NCBI GenBank assembly: GCA_963728565.1
Contig: CAVSLC010000009.1
Coordinates: 32,001-96,000 of the forward strand
DNA: 64,000 nt
Origin: an uncultured delta proteobacterium
GTDB taxonomy: Bacteria > Desulfobacterota > Binatia > UBA9968
Reading direction: 5' to 3'
Every line of letters starts with the position of its first letter. Position 1 is the stretch's first letter. Shown piece after piece: positions 16,922 to 27,763 of this stretch. The notes below the pieces were generated by a model. That model saw only the letters and a program-made list of their open reading frames with translations. It did not search any database and was not told the DNA's origin. A program made the position numbers and the translations under genes.

Positions 16922-19411
16922 TTAATTTGCCGGCAGAGGGGACGGCACGGTAAAACTGCTGCCGGTAGAGAAACTTACCCACACGTCTCCACTTCGCAGT
17001 GTGTCGAAGTACAGAGCATCAGCCTTTCCATCGCCGTTGACATCGACATACTGGATCTGATTGGGCATAGACTCTCCATGCTGTAGCCACATCTGCGGAA
17101 CTGTAAAACCATTTCCAGTCGATAGGCTTACCCACACACCATTACTGCGCAATGTGTCGAAGTAGAGCGCATCGGCCTTTCCATCGCCGTTGACATCGAC
17201 ATACTGGATCTGATTGGGCATAGACTCTCCATGCTGTAGCCACATCTGCGGAACTGTAAAACCATTTCCAGTCGATAGGCTTACCCACACACCATTACTG
17301 CGCAATGTGTCGAAGTAGAGCGCGTCGGCCTTTCCATCACCGTTCACGTCTGCATATTGGATCTGATTCGGCGTTGACTCACCATGCTGCAGCCACATCT
17401 GGGGGGCAGTAAAAAAACTGCCGGTCGAAAGGCTCACCCACACACCGCCGCTTCGCAACGTATCGAAGTAGAGAGCATCAGCCTTTCCATCGCCGTTCAC
17501 GTCTCCATACTGGACTTGATTCGGCGTTGACTCACCATGCTGCAGCCACATCTCCGGAGCGGTAAAGCCACTCCCATTTGATAGGCTCACCCACACTCGG
17601 CCACTGCCCAGTGTTTCGAAGTAGAGAGCATCAGTCTTTCCATCGCCGTTCACGTCTGCATACTGGATTTGATTCGGCGTTGACTCACCATGCTGCAGCC
17701 ACATCTGGGGGGCAGTAAAGCCACTCCCTGACGATAGACTTACCCACACACCATTACTGCGGAAAGTGTCAAAGTAAAGCGCATCAGCCTTTCCGTCGCC
17801 GTTCACATCCGCATACTGAACTTGACCGGGTGATGATTCTCCATGCTGCAGCCAGATCTCTGGAGGAGTGAAATCGCCGGAGTTTGACAAGGCAACCCGC
17901 AGCTCTGAATCCCCTAAGCTCTCGAAGTTGAGATAGTCTGCCCGGCCGTCTCCATTTACGTCGGCAAATTGAAGTTGTGACGGTGCGGCTGGGTTGTCGC
18001 GAGAGAATACCGTCACGGCGTTGCTATTAACTGATGCCACATAGACATTCTGACCGTCTGGGCTCAGTGCCACAGCAAGGGCACCCAAAAGCCCATTGCC
18101 GTCAATACAGAGTCCTCCGGTGCCCGTCTCGCTCACACAGCCTGCAGTACCGCTCAGCTGGGTTAGCGCACCTGTGGTGGGGTTGCGTGAAAATACCGCC
18201 ACCGCGTCGCTTGTCGCCGAGACCACATAGACGTGCCAACCGTCCGGGCTCACCGTCAAAGTATAGGCGCCGCTAAGCCCAGCGCCGTCAGCACAAGTAA
18301 TCCCGTCACCAGCCTCAGCTATGCAACCCTCAATGCCGCTCAACTGGTTGAGCGCACCTGTATTCGCGTTGCGCGAAAAAATGGCCACCCCATTGCTATC
18401 AATGGAGGCCACATAGACGTGCCGACCGTCCGGGCTCACCTCCAAATAAGTCGGAGTGATAAGCCCTCTGCCATCAGCACAAGTAATCCCGTCACCAGTC
18501 TCAGCTATGCAGCCCGCAATCCCGCTGAGCTGGGTCAACGCACCTGTCGTCGTGTCGCGGAAAAATATCGCTACCGTATGGTTATATTGCGAGGCTACGT
18601 AAACGTGCCTGTTGTCTGGGCTAACCGCTACAAAGCGTGCGCCCAAAAGCCCATTGCCATCAATACAGAGTCCTCCGGTGCCCGTCTCGCTCACACAGCC
18701 TGCAGTACCGCTCAGCTGGGTCAGCGCACCTGTGGTGGGGTTGCGTGAAAATACCACTACCGCATCGCTTACCTCAGAGGCCACATAGACGTTTTTGCCG
18801 TCCGGACTCACCCTCAAAGAAACCGCAGCGCGAAGTCCAGTGCCATCAGCACAAGTAATCCCATCACCGTTCTCAGCTATGCAGCCCGCAGCACCACTCA
18901 GCTGCGTCAATTCCCCGGTCGTCACGTTGCGCGAAAATACCGCTACCGCATTGCTATCATAGGAGGCCACATAGACGTGCCGACCGTCCGGGCTTATCGT
19001 CACGGAAGCGGCAACGCTAAGCGCTCTACCCTGGGCACAAGTAATGCCGTCGCCCATTTCAGAAAAACAGCCCGCGATTCCATTTAACTGAACTATCTGC
19101 CCAGTAATGGTATCGCGCGCGAATGTCGCAACTGCCGAGCTCCAAAAGGATGCTAAATAAACATACTTACCGTCCGGGCTAACCGCCAACGAGCCAGCAC
19201 CCACAAGGCTATTGCCATCGACGCAGGTCCCGCCGGTGCCATCCTCACTGACACAACCTTCGGTACCGGGCCGTTGCATGAGCTCGCCCGTGGTTGCCGC
19301 TTCGTCTGGTGACGGCAATAAAAATCCAAAGACCAACGCGGTCAGTACCATGCGAAACCGCCTGTGCCACCATCCTTTATGCTTTTTCATTGGTTTGTTA
19401 GCGCTCTGCAT
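16922..19411 (-). CDS. Secreted tandem beta-propeller protein: 7 x 62-aa lactonase-like blades plus 7 x 51-aa FG-GAP/VCBS repeats
   Basis: Signal peptide, SPDGxxVYVAS blades each with C-x9-C, and DVNGDGKAD Ca-binding repeats. Confidence 0.9.
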   Translation of the reverse strand: MQSANKPMKKHKGWWHRRFRMVLTALVFGFLLPSPDEAATTGELMQRPGTEGCVSEDGTGGTCVDGNSLVGAGSLAVSPDGKYVYLASFWSSAVATFARDTITGQIVQLNGIAGCFSEMGDGITCAQGRALSVAASVTISPDGRHVYVASYDSNAVAVFSRNVTTGELTQLSGAAGCIAENGDGITCADGTGLRAAVSLRVSPDGKNVYVASEVSDAVVVFSRNPTTGALTQLSGTAGCVSETGTGGLCIDGNGLLGARFVAVSPDNRHVYVASQYNHTVAIFFRDTTTGALTQLSGIAGCIAETGDGITCADGRGLITPTYLEVSPDGRHVYVASIDSNGVAIFSRNANTGALNQLSGIEGCIAEAGDGITCADGAGLSGAYTLTVSPDGWHVYVVSATSDAVAVFSRNPTTGALTQLSGTAGCVSETGTGGLCIDGNGLLGALAVALSPDGQNVYVASVNSNAVTVFSRDNPAAPSQLQFADVNGDGRADYLNFESLGDSELRVALSNSGDFTPPEIWLQHGESSPGQVQYADVNGDGKADALYFDTFRSNGVWVSLSSGSGFTAPQMWLQHGESTPNQIQYADVNGDGKTDALYFETLGSGRVWVSLSNGSGFTAPEMWLQHGESTPNQVQYGDVNGDGKADALYFDTLRSGGVWVSLSTGSFFTAPQMWLQHGESTPNQIQYADVNGDGKADALYFDTLRSNGVWVSLSTGNGFTVPQMWLQHGESMPNQIQYVDVNGDGKADALYFDTLRSNGVWVSLSTGNGFTVPQMWLQHGESMPNQIQYVDVNGDGKADALYFDTLRSGDVWVSFSTGSSFTVPSPLPAN
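17005..17340. repeat. Near-identical 153-bp intragenic tandem repeat
   Basis: Two consecutive VCBS units are almost identical at DNA level. A second pair, 18084-18197 and 18642-18755, is offset by 558 bp. Confidence 0.9.
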
Positions 19412-20266
19412 TCATCCTCCGAATTGTTAAGTTCGAAACTGGCACCATCTCTAGCGCACGGGATAGCCGAAGCTCTGTCGATGATGGAATTTCTGAAGTC
19501 ATTAAAGTTATTGCCGCGGATCCTGTGCTGTAAAACTGCTGCCCATCACGCACTCCGGTCAGCAAAGTGAAAGCCAGCGACTATGAATACCGGAAGCAGC
19601 AGTTGTGGGGACAAGCAGGTAGAAACGATGACAACGACAGAAGGCATCTTTGCCGGTTTGGAATATGCGCGGTCTCGGCGAGGCGATAGTGCCCCGTGGA
19701 GATAACGTGACTTCATCCCGCACTCTCGACACGTGCATCAGCAAAAAAACACTTGAACGCGAAGCGCTGCGCTGAGACGCTTGCGAGAAGTAAATGCTGA
19801 AATTGCCCAGCTTGAGCGCAATATGCGAGAAGGCGAGGCGCGGCTGCCAGCGTAAGAGCGGATGACATTAATGAACGGTCGTAGCGTTCACGGACTTCAC
19901 CAGGAATAGTACCCGCACGTGAAATGTACAAATTAGGGTGGTAATTAACGGAACATGGCCCCGCCGCTGTTGCGGGGCAAATTGCGGCTTTTCGTGCCGG
20001 GCTAAACGAACTCGTTACACGGAAAGCACCGGACTAAAAACTATTAGACAAGCTCCAGTAGACTGCGGTAGAACTCAAGCATCAGCGAAAGCACGTCAGC
20101 CATGCTGTTGAGGCAATCGTGATCCAGTACAAGGGGTAGAGATCCGACGGTGATATCGATCCCGCTGTCATGCCGGGTTGCGATTCGGATGGGTCAGTTT
20201 TGCAAGCCTCGCCGCTAAGGGTCGATCATAGATACCACGTGTATATTGGTGAACCGAGAGGAATCC

Positions 20267-20473
20267 ATGACTACCGAGGTTAAACTTATCGCCAGCGGCG
20301 ACCCGTTAGAACTTCGCGAGTTTGGCGCGACAGTTTCGCTAAGCGGCAATTACGCTCTTGTCGGCGCTCCCAACCATCATAGCCCATACTATGATAACTC
20401 ATCGGGAGCGGCTTACGTCTTTGTGAAGAGTGGTACGAATTGGGTTGAGCAGGCGAAACTCAGCCCCAGTTAG
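20267..20473 (+). pseudogene. Single FG-GAP repeat fragment
   Basis: FGATVSLSGNYALVGAP..GAAYVF..WVEQAKL, then a stop. Confidence 0.7.
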
Positions 20474-20668
20474 ACAGCAAGCGCACGCATTGTGCCGAGG
20501 CGTTGGTCGTGTCTGTCTAGTGCTGTTACTCCTTGTTTCATCAAAAGTACCGCGATACAGCTGATAGCATTGTGTATGAGAGTTTTGCAGGCAGATTTGC
20601 CATCGTGAAGCGAGCGCCTAGCGCAATGAGGCTGACACCATCGCTCTCAAGCGGAAGATAGGCGACTA

Positions 20669-21505
20669 ATGCGCTGTTATGTCATTCTGCTTCGCCGCTT
20701 ACCGAATATCCTATGGTTCTTTCTAACAGCTGACCTTTGGCTGCTCGGCGTTATCATCTCGCCTGCTTACTCCTGGGGCAGCAAAGGACACGAGATCGTC
20801 GCCGCTATCGCCGAGACTCAGCTCACCGACAGCACCCCCAAGCGCATCAAAGAGCTTCTCCCGCAAGGCACGACGTTAGCCGACGCATCCACCTGGCCCG
20901 ACAAGGCTGGTCGTCAGATTCCCGACATGGATCCGTACCACTACGTCAACTTCACGAAGGACGCCAACGCCTACGACCAGCAGCGCGTCTGCAAGCTGCG
21001 CAACTGAATCGTCGAGGCGATTGCCTGGTATATGCAGGTCTTGAAGTTACCGGATGCACCACGTAACGAGAAGCGCACTGCTCTGCGATTCATCGCTCAC
21101 TTGGGTGGCGATATACATCAGCCACTTCATGCTGGGTTCGCTGAGGATCTCGGGGGCGATAGTGTTGAAGTGCGGTTCAATGGCAGGAAAGAGAATCTGC
21201 ACTCACTGTGGGACACCGCGCTTGTAGAGTTAGAGCCAGGCACACAGGCAGAGATCGGCGCACGTATCCAAAGTTTGGTGACCGCGGAAGACCGGCAGCA
21301 ATGGCAGCAAGGGACTCCGGCAGAGTGGGCGCTTGAATCGTTGGCGATAGTCAGGGCACAAGTGTAAAGGCTGCCTGCATCGGGCGAGATCAACGCGAGC
21401 TACGCAGAAGCGGCACAAGCTGTGATTCGCACTCGTTTAGGGCAGGCGGGAGCGAGGCCGGTGTGGATGCTGAATGAGACGCTTCCCGCGATGGAAAAGC
21501 ATTAG
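20669..21505 (+). pseudogene. S1/P1 nuclease with two in-frame stops
   Basis: WGSKGHEIVA, ASTWPD, HLGGDIHQPLH and NLHSLWD motifs. TGA at 21005 and TAA at 21365 lie in one continuous frame. Confidence 0.88.
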
Positions 21506-21538
21506 ACAATCTCTAGTGAACAGCAGTAAAAGGCAGGC

Positions 21539-22515
21539 ATGAGCAAATGCCTTTTCTTTTTACTGCTGCTGCTAAACTTCGTGCACGCTGGTATTGCCGA
21601 AGCGCAGCCAACAAAAGTTCCGCGCGCAGGATACTTGACTGGCACCTCGCTTTCCGCTAACTGGGCTCGCACCGACGCATTTCGGCGAAGGTCTGCGGGA
21701 ACTGGGCTACATTGAAGGTAGGAACATTCTAATTGATTGGCGATCTGCAGATGGCAAAGGAGAGCGGCTACCTGTACTCGGTGCCGAACTCGTGCGTCTC
21801 AAGGAAGACATCATCGTCACAGGTGGTCCCACATCAAACCGCGCTGCCAAGGACGCAACAGTTACGATTCCGATTGTCATGGCCTTCGATAATGATCCTG
21901 TTGGCAATGGATTCGTCACCAGTCTTGGACGACCAGGCGGAAACATCACCGGATTGTCCACCCTCGCGCCGGAGTTAAGCGGAAAACAACTGGAGCTGTT
22001 GAAGGATATCGTTCTCAATCTCCCGTGTGGCCGTTCTCGGAAGTTCAAACAATCCGGGCAACACGCAGTCATTGAAAGAAACCGAACTGGCGGCGAAGGC
22101 TCTTGGCGTGAAGCTGCAGTACCTGGACGCGCTAGACCCTAAAGATATTGAGACTGCATTCAGCGAGGCACGCAAAGGCCGTGCTGAAGCAATCCTTGTC
22201 TTGACCGGGTCCATCTTCAATTCTCATCGGTGTCAGGTTGTTGAACTTGCCGTAAATCGCCGCCTCCCCGCGATCTACTCCTATCCAGAATACGTGGGAG
22301 ACATGGGGTTAATGACGTACAGCGTGAGTTTCAACGATTTATTCCGACGCGCTGCAATTTATGTTGACAAGATTATCAAGGGCGGCAAGCCTGCCCATTT
22401 GCCGGTTGAACAGCCGACGAAGTTCGAGTTGATCATCAATTTGAAAGCAGCAAAACAGATCGGCGTCACGATACCGCCAAACGTTCTGGCGAGAGCGGAC
22501 AGGGTGATTAGGTAG
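21539..22515 (+). pseudogene. ABC substrate-binding protein (ABC_sub_bind/DUF534 type), two frameshifts
   Basis: GLRELGYIEG, SLGRPGGNITG and LPVEQPTKFELIINLKAAKQIG motifs. Confidence 0.85.
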
Positions 22516-22547
22516 ACGGTCATCATTAAAGATGCTGGGAGTCTCAG

Positions 22548-23504
22548 ATGTCGTTAAACTTAACGATGACGTGTACCGCATATGACCGAAACCAAGCGCT
22601 CTTAAATGGCACGGTCAAGCCCGACGGGGTTAACCTGGATATACATATCGATCCGGAAGGAGGCCAGTTTCGCTTGACGCATGCCCGCGAGGGAAAATAC
22701 GACATCATTGAATTCCATATGGGCATGTACATAGCCGATCTGCCTTATAGAACTTTGGGCTACACCGCGATTCCCATTTTCGTGAAGCGCATGTTTCGGC
22801 ACTCATATATTTACATCAACAGGTCTGCCGGTATTCGATCTCCGGCTGATCTCAACGGCAAGCGGGTTGGTATTCAGACTTGGTTTACCACTACGGCTCT
22901 TTGGGCCAAAGGCATTTTAGCCGAAGAGTATGGGGTAGACCTGAAATCGATTACGTGGATTGCTCAGGAAGGAGAGAGTATCGGTGATTGGCATCCTCCA
23001 TCTTGGCTAAAGTTGGAGATCGCTGAGGGTGCCAGCCAATTTGATCTCCTGGGGTCAGGGGAAGTAGATGCAGGTATAACAACCGGAGTTTGGGCACCAG
23101 ACAAACATCCGGATATTACCTTCTTATTTCCGAAGTATGCAGAATTGGAGCGTGACTATTTCAAACGAACCGGCTTCTTTCCTATCAATCACACATTGAT
23201 TATCAAGGATTCCGTTCTTGAAAAGCATCCCTGGGTTGCGATGAGCATGTTTAACGCTTGGCAGGAATCAAAAACTCACTGCTACCGATGGCTTGAATGG
23301 CAGCGCGTGCATCAGACTTCCATGTGGTTCCGAGCACTTTGGGAAGAAGAGCGAGCGACTGCTGGACCCGATGTCTATCCTTGGGGGTTTCAGTCTGCGC
23401 GAAACGAACTCGAGAAGATGCTGGACTATTCCATGCATCAAGGAATCATCACTTCCGAATTTGATCCTAAGCAAATGTTTCATCCTAGTACTTTGGACAC
23501 CTAG
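22548..23504 (+). CDS. 4,5-dihydroxyphthalate decarboxylase-like / PBP2-fold protein
   Basis: YDR..AL..G.VKPDG, AIPIF..RMFRHS, DLNGKRVG and TGFFPINH motifs. Confidence 0.75.
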   Translation: MSLNLTMTCTAYDRNQALLNGTVKPDGVNLDIHIDPEGGQFRLTHAREGKYDIIEFHMGMYIADLPYRTLGYTAIPIFVKRMFRHSYIYINRSAGIRSPADLNGKRVGIQTWFTTTALWAKGILAEEYGVDLKSITWIAQEGESIGDWHPPSWLKLEIAEGASQFDLLGSGEVDAGITTGVWAPDKHPDITFLFPKYAELERDYFKRTGFFPINHTLIIKDSVLEKHPWVAMSMFNAWQESKTHCYRWLEWQRVHQTSMWFRALWEEERATAGPDVYPWGFQSARNELEKMLDYSMHQGIITSEFDPKQMFHPSTLDT

Positions 23505-23741
23505 ACCGGATGGTAGAACTCGACAAAGGCAAAACCGTATGTTTGCAAGAACTCATGGTCTCAACCCTCGCTATGACTGACGCACTTGCAAAGCTACTCA
23601 TAGAGAAAAACATTATCACGTAAGCCGAGTTCACGCAGAATCTGCTGGAGGAGCGTGCGGTCTATCAGCGGATTTTGATCCCTACGGCACAGTAGTTACT
23701 GACGCACTTCAGTTAACCGCCGCGGCCACATAGAAGGCAGC

Positions 23742-24515
23742 ATGTTTGAAGTTGCTGAAGCATATGAACGTCAAAGAGGTAGATCGAGCAAGATATTAGC
23801 CCCTTTGTTCGCGGAATTTGTCGCTCCGCACGGTGAAGTGCTCGACGTGGGGTGTGGCACCGGCGCATTGACTTTTGCTATCGCCGAAAAGGATTCAGTC
23901 TCGAAGATCACTGGAATAGATCCGTCTGAGGGCTTCTTGGCCTATGCACGTTCTAAGACGACCGACCAACGAATACACTTTGAACTGGGGGACGCGCAGA
24001 GTCTTAGCTTCGCTGATGCCTCTTTCGATCAATGTCTGGCTCTGCTCGTGATGAGATTCGTTCCAGACGCGACTAAGGCAGTAAAGGAAATGCGGCGAGT
24101 TACGCGAGCAGGCGGTGTAGTCGCTACAGCGACGTGGGATACCACAGGCGGAAACGATCTGAACGACTTGTTATTCGACGCGGCACTCATGATTGATCCC
24201 GATGCACCGCAAGAAAGGAATACCCGAGGTCTTTACGGCCAGGAAGAGGAACTAAAATCACTCTGGATAGCCGCTGGTCTGGAGACAATTGATATACAGA
24301 ATATTGCGTTCCAATGCGGCTTTGATTCATTCGATGATTACTGGCAACCGCTCATCGAAGGTCAGGGTCCTAACGGAGCTTATCTTCGTCGCATGGGGAA
24401 TGATCAGCAAGTGGAGCTGCGTGAGCTGCTGCGGCACAATCTTTTCGGTAACCGCGCCGACGGACCATTTTCGCTCAAGGCTAAAGCGTGGGCCGTGCGT
24501 GGAGTCGTGCCTTGA
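23742..24515 (+). CDS. Class I SAM-dependent methyltransferase
   Basis: VLDVGCGTG and GDAQSLSFADASFD motifs. Confidence 0.92.
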   Translation: MFEVAEAYERQRGRSSKILAPLFAEFVAPHGEVLDVGCGTGALTFAIAEKDSVSKITGIDPSEGFLAYARSKTTDQRIHFELGDAQSLSFADASFDQCLALLVMRFVPDATKAVKEMRRVTRAGGVVATATWDTTGGNDLNDLLFDAALMIDPDAPQERNTRGLYGQEEELKSLWIAAGLETIDIQNIAFQCGFDSFDDYWQPLIEGQGPNGAYLRRMGNDQQVELRELLRHNLFGNRADGPFSLKAKAWAVRGVVP

Positions 24516-24787
24516 ACGACCGCTATACGTCTGTGTGATGGTACCGCACCTTACGGCGCAAGGCTCCAATTGTCACACCGGCTAAAGCTCACGCTCTTCG
24601 TGCTCGCCTTTAATGTCATCGGGTTTGCTGAGGGGCACCTGCTGAGTGACTTGGGGCTCGTGTGGTTAATTTCCATTCTCATGGTGGCCTCGTTGGTCGG
24701 GGTGCTGGCGAGTCGGCGGGGTTTCCTTCTCTTTCACTGTATTCATTGTTAGCGCGCGACTCTGGAGCTGGTCAGTCCGTAGGGCAG

Positions 24788-26137
24788 TTATCCGTCCGCT
24801 TGATAATCTGTAATGTTCGCCGCGACAATATGCGGGCGTTTTTTTTCGTAGAGCCTCATCAAGGGCGTCACTGAAATTCCATGAACTAGGACCGAGACGG
24901 CAATAGTCGTTAAGGTCATTCCGACCAAAATCGTGGACAGCTCCGGTGCGAGACCATGGTTGATGGCAAAGGCTAGATAATAAATTGATCCGATCCCACG
25001 TATGCCAAACCAGCCGATGAAGTTTCGCTGAGTGATAGAAGTTGATGAGCCGAGCAGTCCCAACCAAACGGAAGTGGGACGGACCACAAGCAGCAGCAAC
25101 AAAACGAACCAAATGGCATCGAATGAAAGAAAGCGCGCCGAGAGCATCCCGCCAACCAAGATAACAATGGCAACCTCGCCGATACGCTCCAACTGTTCGT
25201 TGAACTGAAGCACGGCTTGAGCCATGTAGGCAGGAGCTTTTTGAGGGTCCGTTGCGATCTCGTCGGCTTCTCCGGTCAGAGGCATCCCCTTGTTGTCGTT
25301 CGCCGAAGCTTCTGAGTGACAACGCTCAATGCGGCGCAACGCGATTCCGGCCGCGAACACGGCGAGAAACCCGTATGCGCCAATCAGTAACGCTGATCCA
25401 TAAGAGAAGGCGATTAGGCCCAGCGCTAGAAAATCATCAGTCCCTACTGCTTCCTTGTGTTCACCACGTAAGTAAAGAACAAGCCGACCTACCAGATCTC
25501 CGAGTATACCGCCGGTGGCGAGGCCGCCGGCAGTAGCCCAAAGAACGTCCAGCGCCAACCATCGCGATCCAAACTCCCCGATCTCATGCAAGCCGAGCAA
25601 TCCCAAGCCAAGCATCACGAATGGGAAAGCGGTTCCATCGTTCAATCCTGCTTCTCCTGTGAGGCCAAACCTTAAAGAATCGAGGTCCCACGGATGCTCG
25701 CTCTGCACATCGGAAGCAAGTACCGGATCGGTGGGCGCCAGGATAGCTCCGAGCAGCACGGCGGCACCTATTGGAAGATTAAGTCCGACGACACCGATTA
25801 GCGCTACAAGTCCAACCGTTATGCTCATGGACACAAGCGCGAGCCGTAGGGGCAATCGCCACCCTCTATCTGAAAGCGGCAATCGGAGCTTCAATCCGGC
25901 GGTAAAAAGCGAAATGACAACCGCGACCTCAGTTGCCTTCTCCAAGAATCCTGGCTCTTGGACAGGATCTAATTGAATCACCCCGAAAAAAAAGGGGCCG
26001 AGCAAAACCCCAACGAGAAGATACAAAAGCGAAGTCGTCAGCGGCAGTCTCTTGAGCACCGATGTCGAGAGCGCCATTACAACCAAGAGCGCGCCGATAA
26101 CGACGTATACGACTGCAGCCGTCACAACAGGCCCCAA
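24788..26137 (-). CDS. CPA1 (NhaP-type) cation:proton antiporter
   Basis: Many TM helices; LAPTDPVLA, GEAGLNDG and WFGIRGIGS motifs. Confidence 0.92.
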   Translation of the reverse strand: MGPVVTAAVVYVVIGALLVVMALSTSVLKRLPLTTSLLYLLVGVLLGPFFFGVIQLDPVQEPGFLEKATEVAVVISLFTAGLKLRLPLSDRGWRLPLRLALVSMSITVGLVALIGVVGLNLPIGAAVLLGAILAPTDPVLASDVQSEHPWDLDSLRFGLTGEAGLNDGTAFPFVMLGLGLLGLHEIGEFGSRWLALDVLWATAGGLATGGILGDLVGRLVLYLRGEHKEAVGTDDFLALGLIAFSYGSALLIGAYGFLAVFAAGIALRRIERCHSEASANDNKGMPLTGEADEIATDPQKAPAYMAQAVLQFNEQLERIGEVAIVILVGGMLSARFLSFDAIWFVLLLLLVVRPTSVWLGLLGSSTSITQRNFIGWFGIRGIGSIYYLAFAINHGLAPELSTILVGMTLTTIAVSVLVHGISVTPLMRLYEKKRPHIVAANITDYQADG

Positions 26138-26964
26138 ATCGGAATGGAGTTCCGGCCGGCTTGAGGCCGATAGGAGGGTTGAATGGTCATCCTCTAAGCT
26201 ATCACGGCGAAACCCGGTAAAGTAGGTGATTACTCAACCGCTGTCGTAGGGAGGCAAGTTTCTATAGAGCTGGCGGGCCTTGACCAGCCGCTTTCTCCTC
26301 GGTGAGATGAGGCTTATAGGAGGTCAAATAAATGGCAAAAACCGAACTGACTAAATGCAAGTGCACGAGCTCCGTGCATCAACAGGGGCCCTGCGCGAAC
26401 CAAGTTGAATCGGGAGAATCAGTCTGTCAGGGCTGCAAACAACATTCTTTAACCGACGCCAGCGGAGGCATATTGCCTCATGTGACAATGCCGAAGCCGT
26501 AACAATGCCCTTAGGAGCGATCCTCTGATAATTGCTGCATCTCCGCATGCGAGCGAGAGCAGAAGCCAGACAAGCCTGACAGATATCGGCCTCCTCACGA
26601 GGACCAATCAGCCGACGTCAGATGATGTGTTGACTTATACTTTTAAATAACTGGTCAGCTAAGTGTCTGGGTGGGTCAGGGATAACTTGCCTACAGCCAT
26701 CAGCGGTGCTCCTAATCCGACTCCAAAACTGAACGCTGTAAGAACAAGTATCAGCCTTTTGTCCGCATACCAGAAGCGCCAAACCTCAGACCCTTCCATT
26801 CAAGAAGGCGTTCAGGGTTTTTGTTGGTGGCGTTTGACGGCGCATTAGGGTCTAGTTACGATTCGGCTTTGAATGGTATTCAACTGAGCTTCGGAGTCAG
26901 CATACCTGAGCATGAGACGTGTCGTTAGACTTCGCGCGCGGCTGCGCTCTCCTCGATCTCGTAA

Positions 26965-26983
26965 TTGTCTCCAACCTGTCTCC
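26965..26983 (+). promoter_or_regulatory. Putative integrase arm-type sites (TTGTCTCC-AAC-CTGTCTCC)
   Basis: Tandem octamers 11 bp apart, about 110 bp left of the att core. The same octamer lies right of each core (11423 and 27180). Confidence 0.5.
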
Positions 26984-27763
26984 GAATCAGGATGCAACGA
27001 CATGAACTCAGGCGTAAAGAAAGCTGGGCGGACCTATGATTCTCGGGGTTGATTTGTCGCTGAATCCTTGCTGTTCTGTCCTGCGCCATACTTCGGATCT
27101 GAGGGTTGGGGGTTCAAATCCCTCCGGGCGCGCCATTGTTGTCAAAAACTACTTTCCGGAAGTCTAATCTTCTTTAGAGTTGTCTCCCTGGTGGTTCCAA
27201 TCCTTTCTCTGGCGGTGCCGGTAGCGCGTCGTCCAGCGTATTGACGATTGCCGTCCTGTACCCCAAGTGCCTATGATAGCCGTCCACTGTCATGTTAGTT
27301 TAGTTGCGGTCTTCCTGATCCTTCGCATGGTTCAACCCGGATTCCGCACTTGCGATTGACAGAATCCTTTCGCAGCGAAGTCGATGGGTTTCTACCTCTG
27401 AGCAGACATCGCTCAGCGGTGCTTCGAGCGGGATGTTTAAGCCTTATAGCAAGGACGTGCGAGAGCGCAAAACCACTTTGAAACTTCACAGTCGGACGCG
27501 TTTGCTGCTCCATGATTTACCTCGCTTCCGGCATTTTAGTTCAAGGCTCGTCCGTTGTGCGCCCCAGTCGGCTGCAGAACTCGCCCCTACTTCGTCTTGA
27601 ATAGCTCACCGTGATTCGCGAAACCTCGATGATCGAAGCGCTGAGCCCTTCCAATAAACAGCTCCAAGCGACTCACACCGTGACATAAACATCGGGTGAG
27701 CTGCCAAACATTAGTGAGCTTGTACTGACTGGAAGTGCAAGTTTTGCGGCTTCGGTGTGACAA

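Larger units (their letters stand above)
11333..27135. mobile_element. Decayed genomic island integrated in tRNA-Arg(UCG); 15,757 bp between att cores
   Basis: The tRNA 3' half from the anticodon loop (ACTTCGGA...GCGCGCCA) reappears at 27090-27135. Cargo is accessory and rich in gene fragments. No intact integrase seen. Confidence 0.85.

Noticed and set aside
16922-17960. 153-bp repeats as a CRISPR array or a DGR template/variable pair
   Set aside because: They are in-frame protein repeats with no spacers, no cas genes, no reverse transcriptase and no adenine-specific variation.
21005-21007. TGA at a Cys-equivalent position of the S1/P1 nuclease read as selenocysteine
   Set aside because: A second in-frame TAA at 21365 also breaks the gene, so simple nonsense decay explains both.
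20267-24752. Integron cassette array
   Set aside because: The genes are co-oriented, but no attC-like sites and no intI were recognised.
27090-27135. Second tRNA gene
   Set aside because: It lacks the 5' acceptor strand, the D-arm and most of the 5' anticodon stem; it is an att duplicate.
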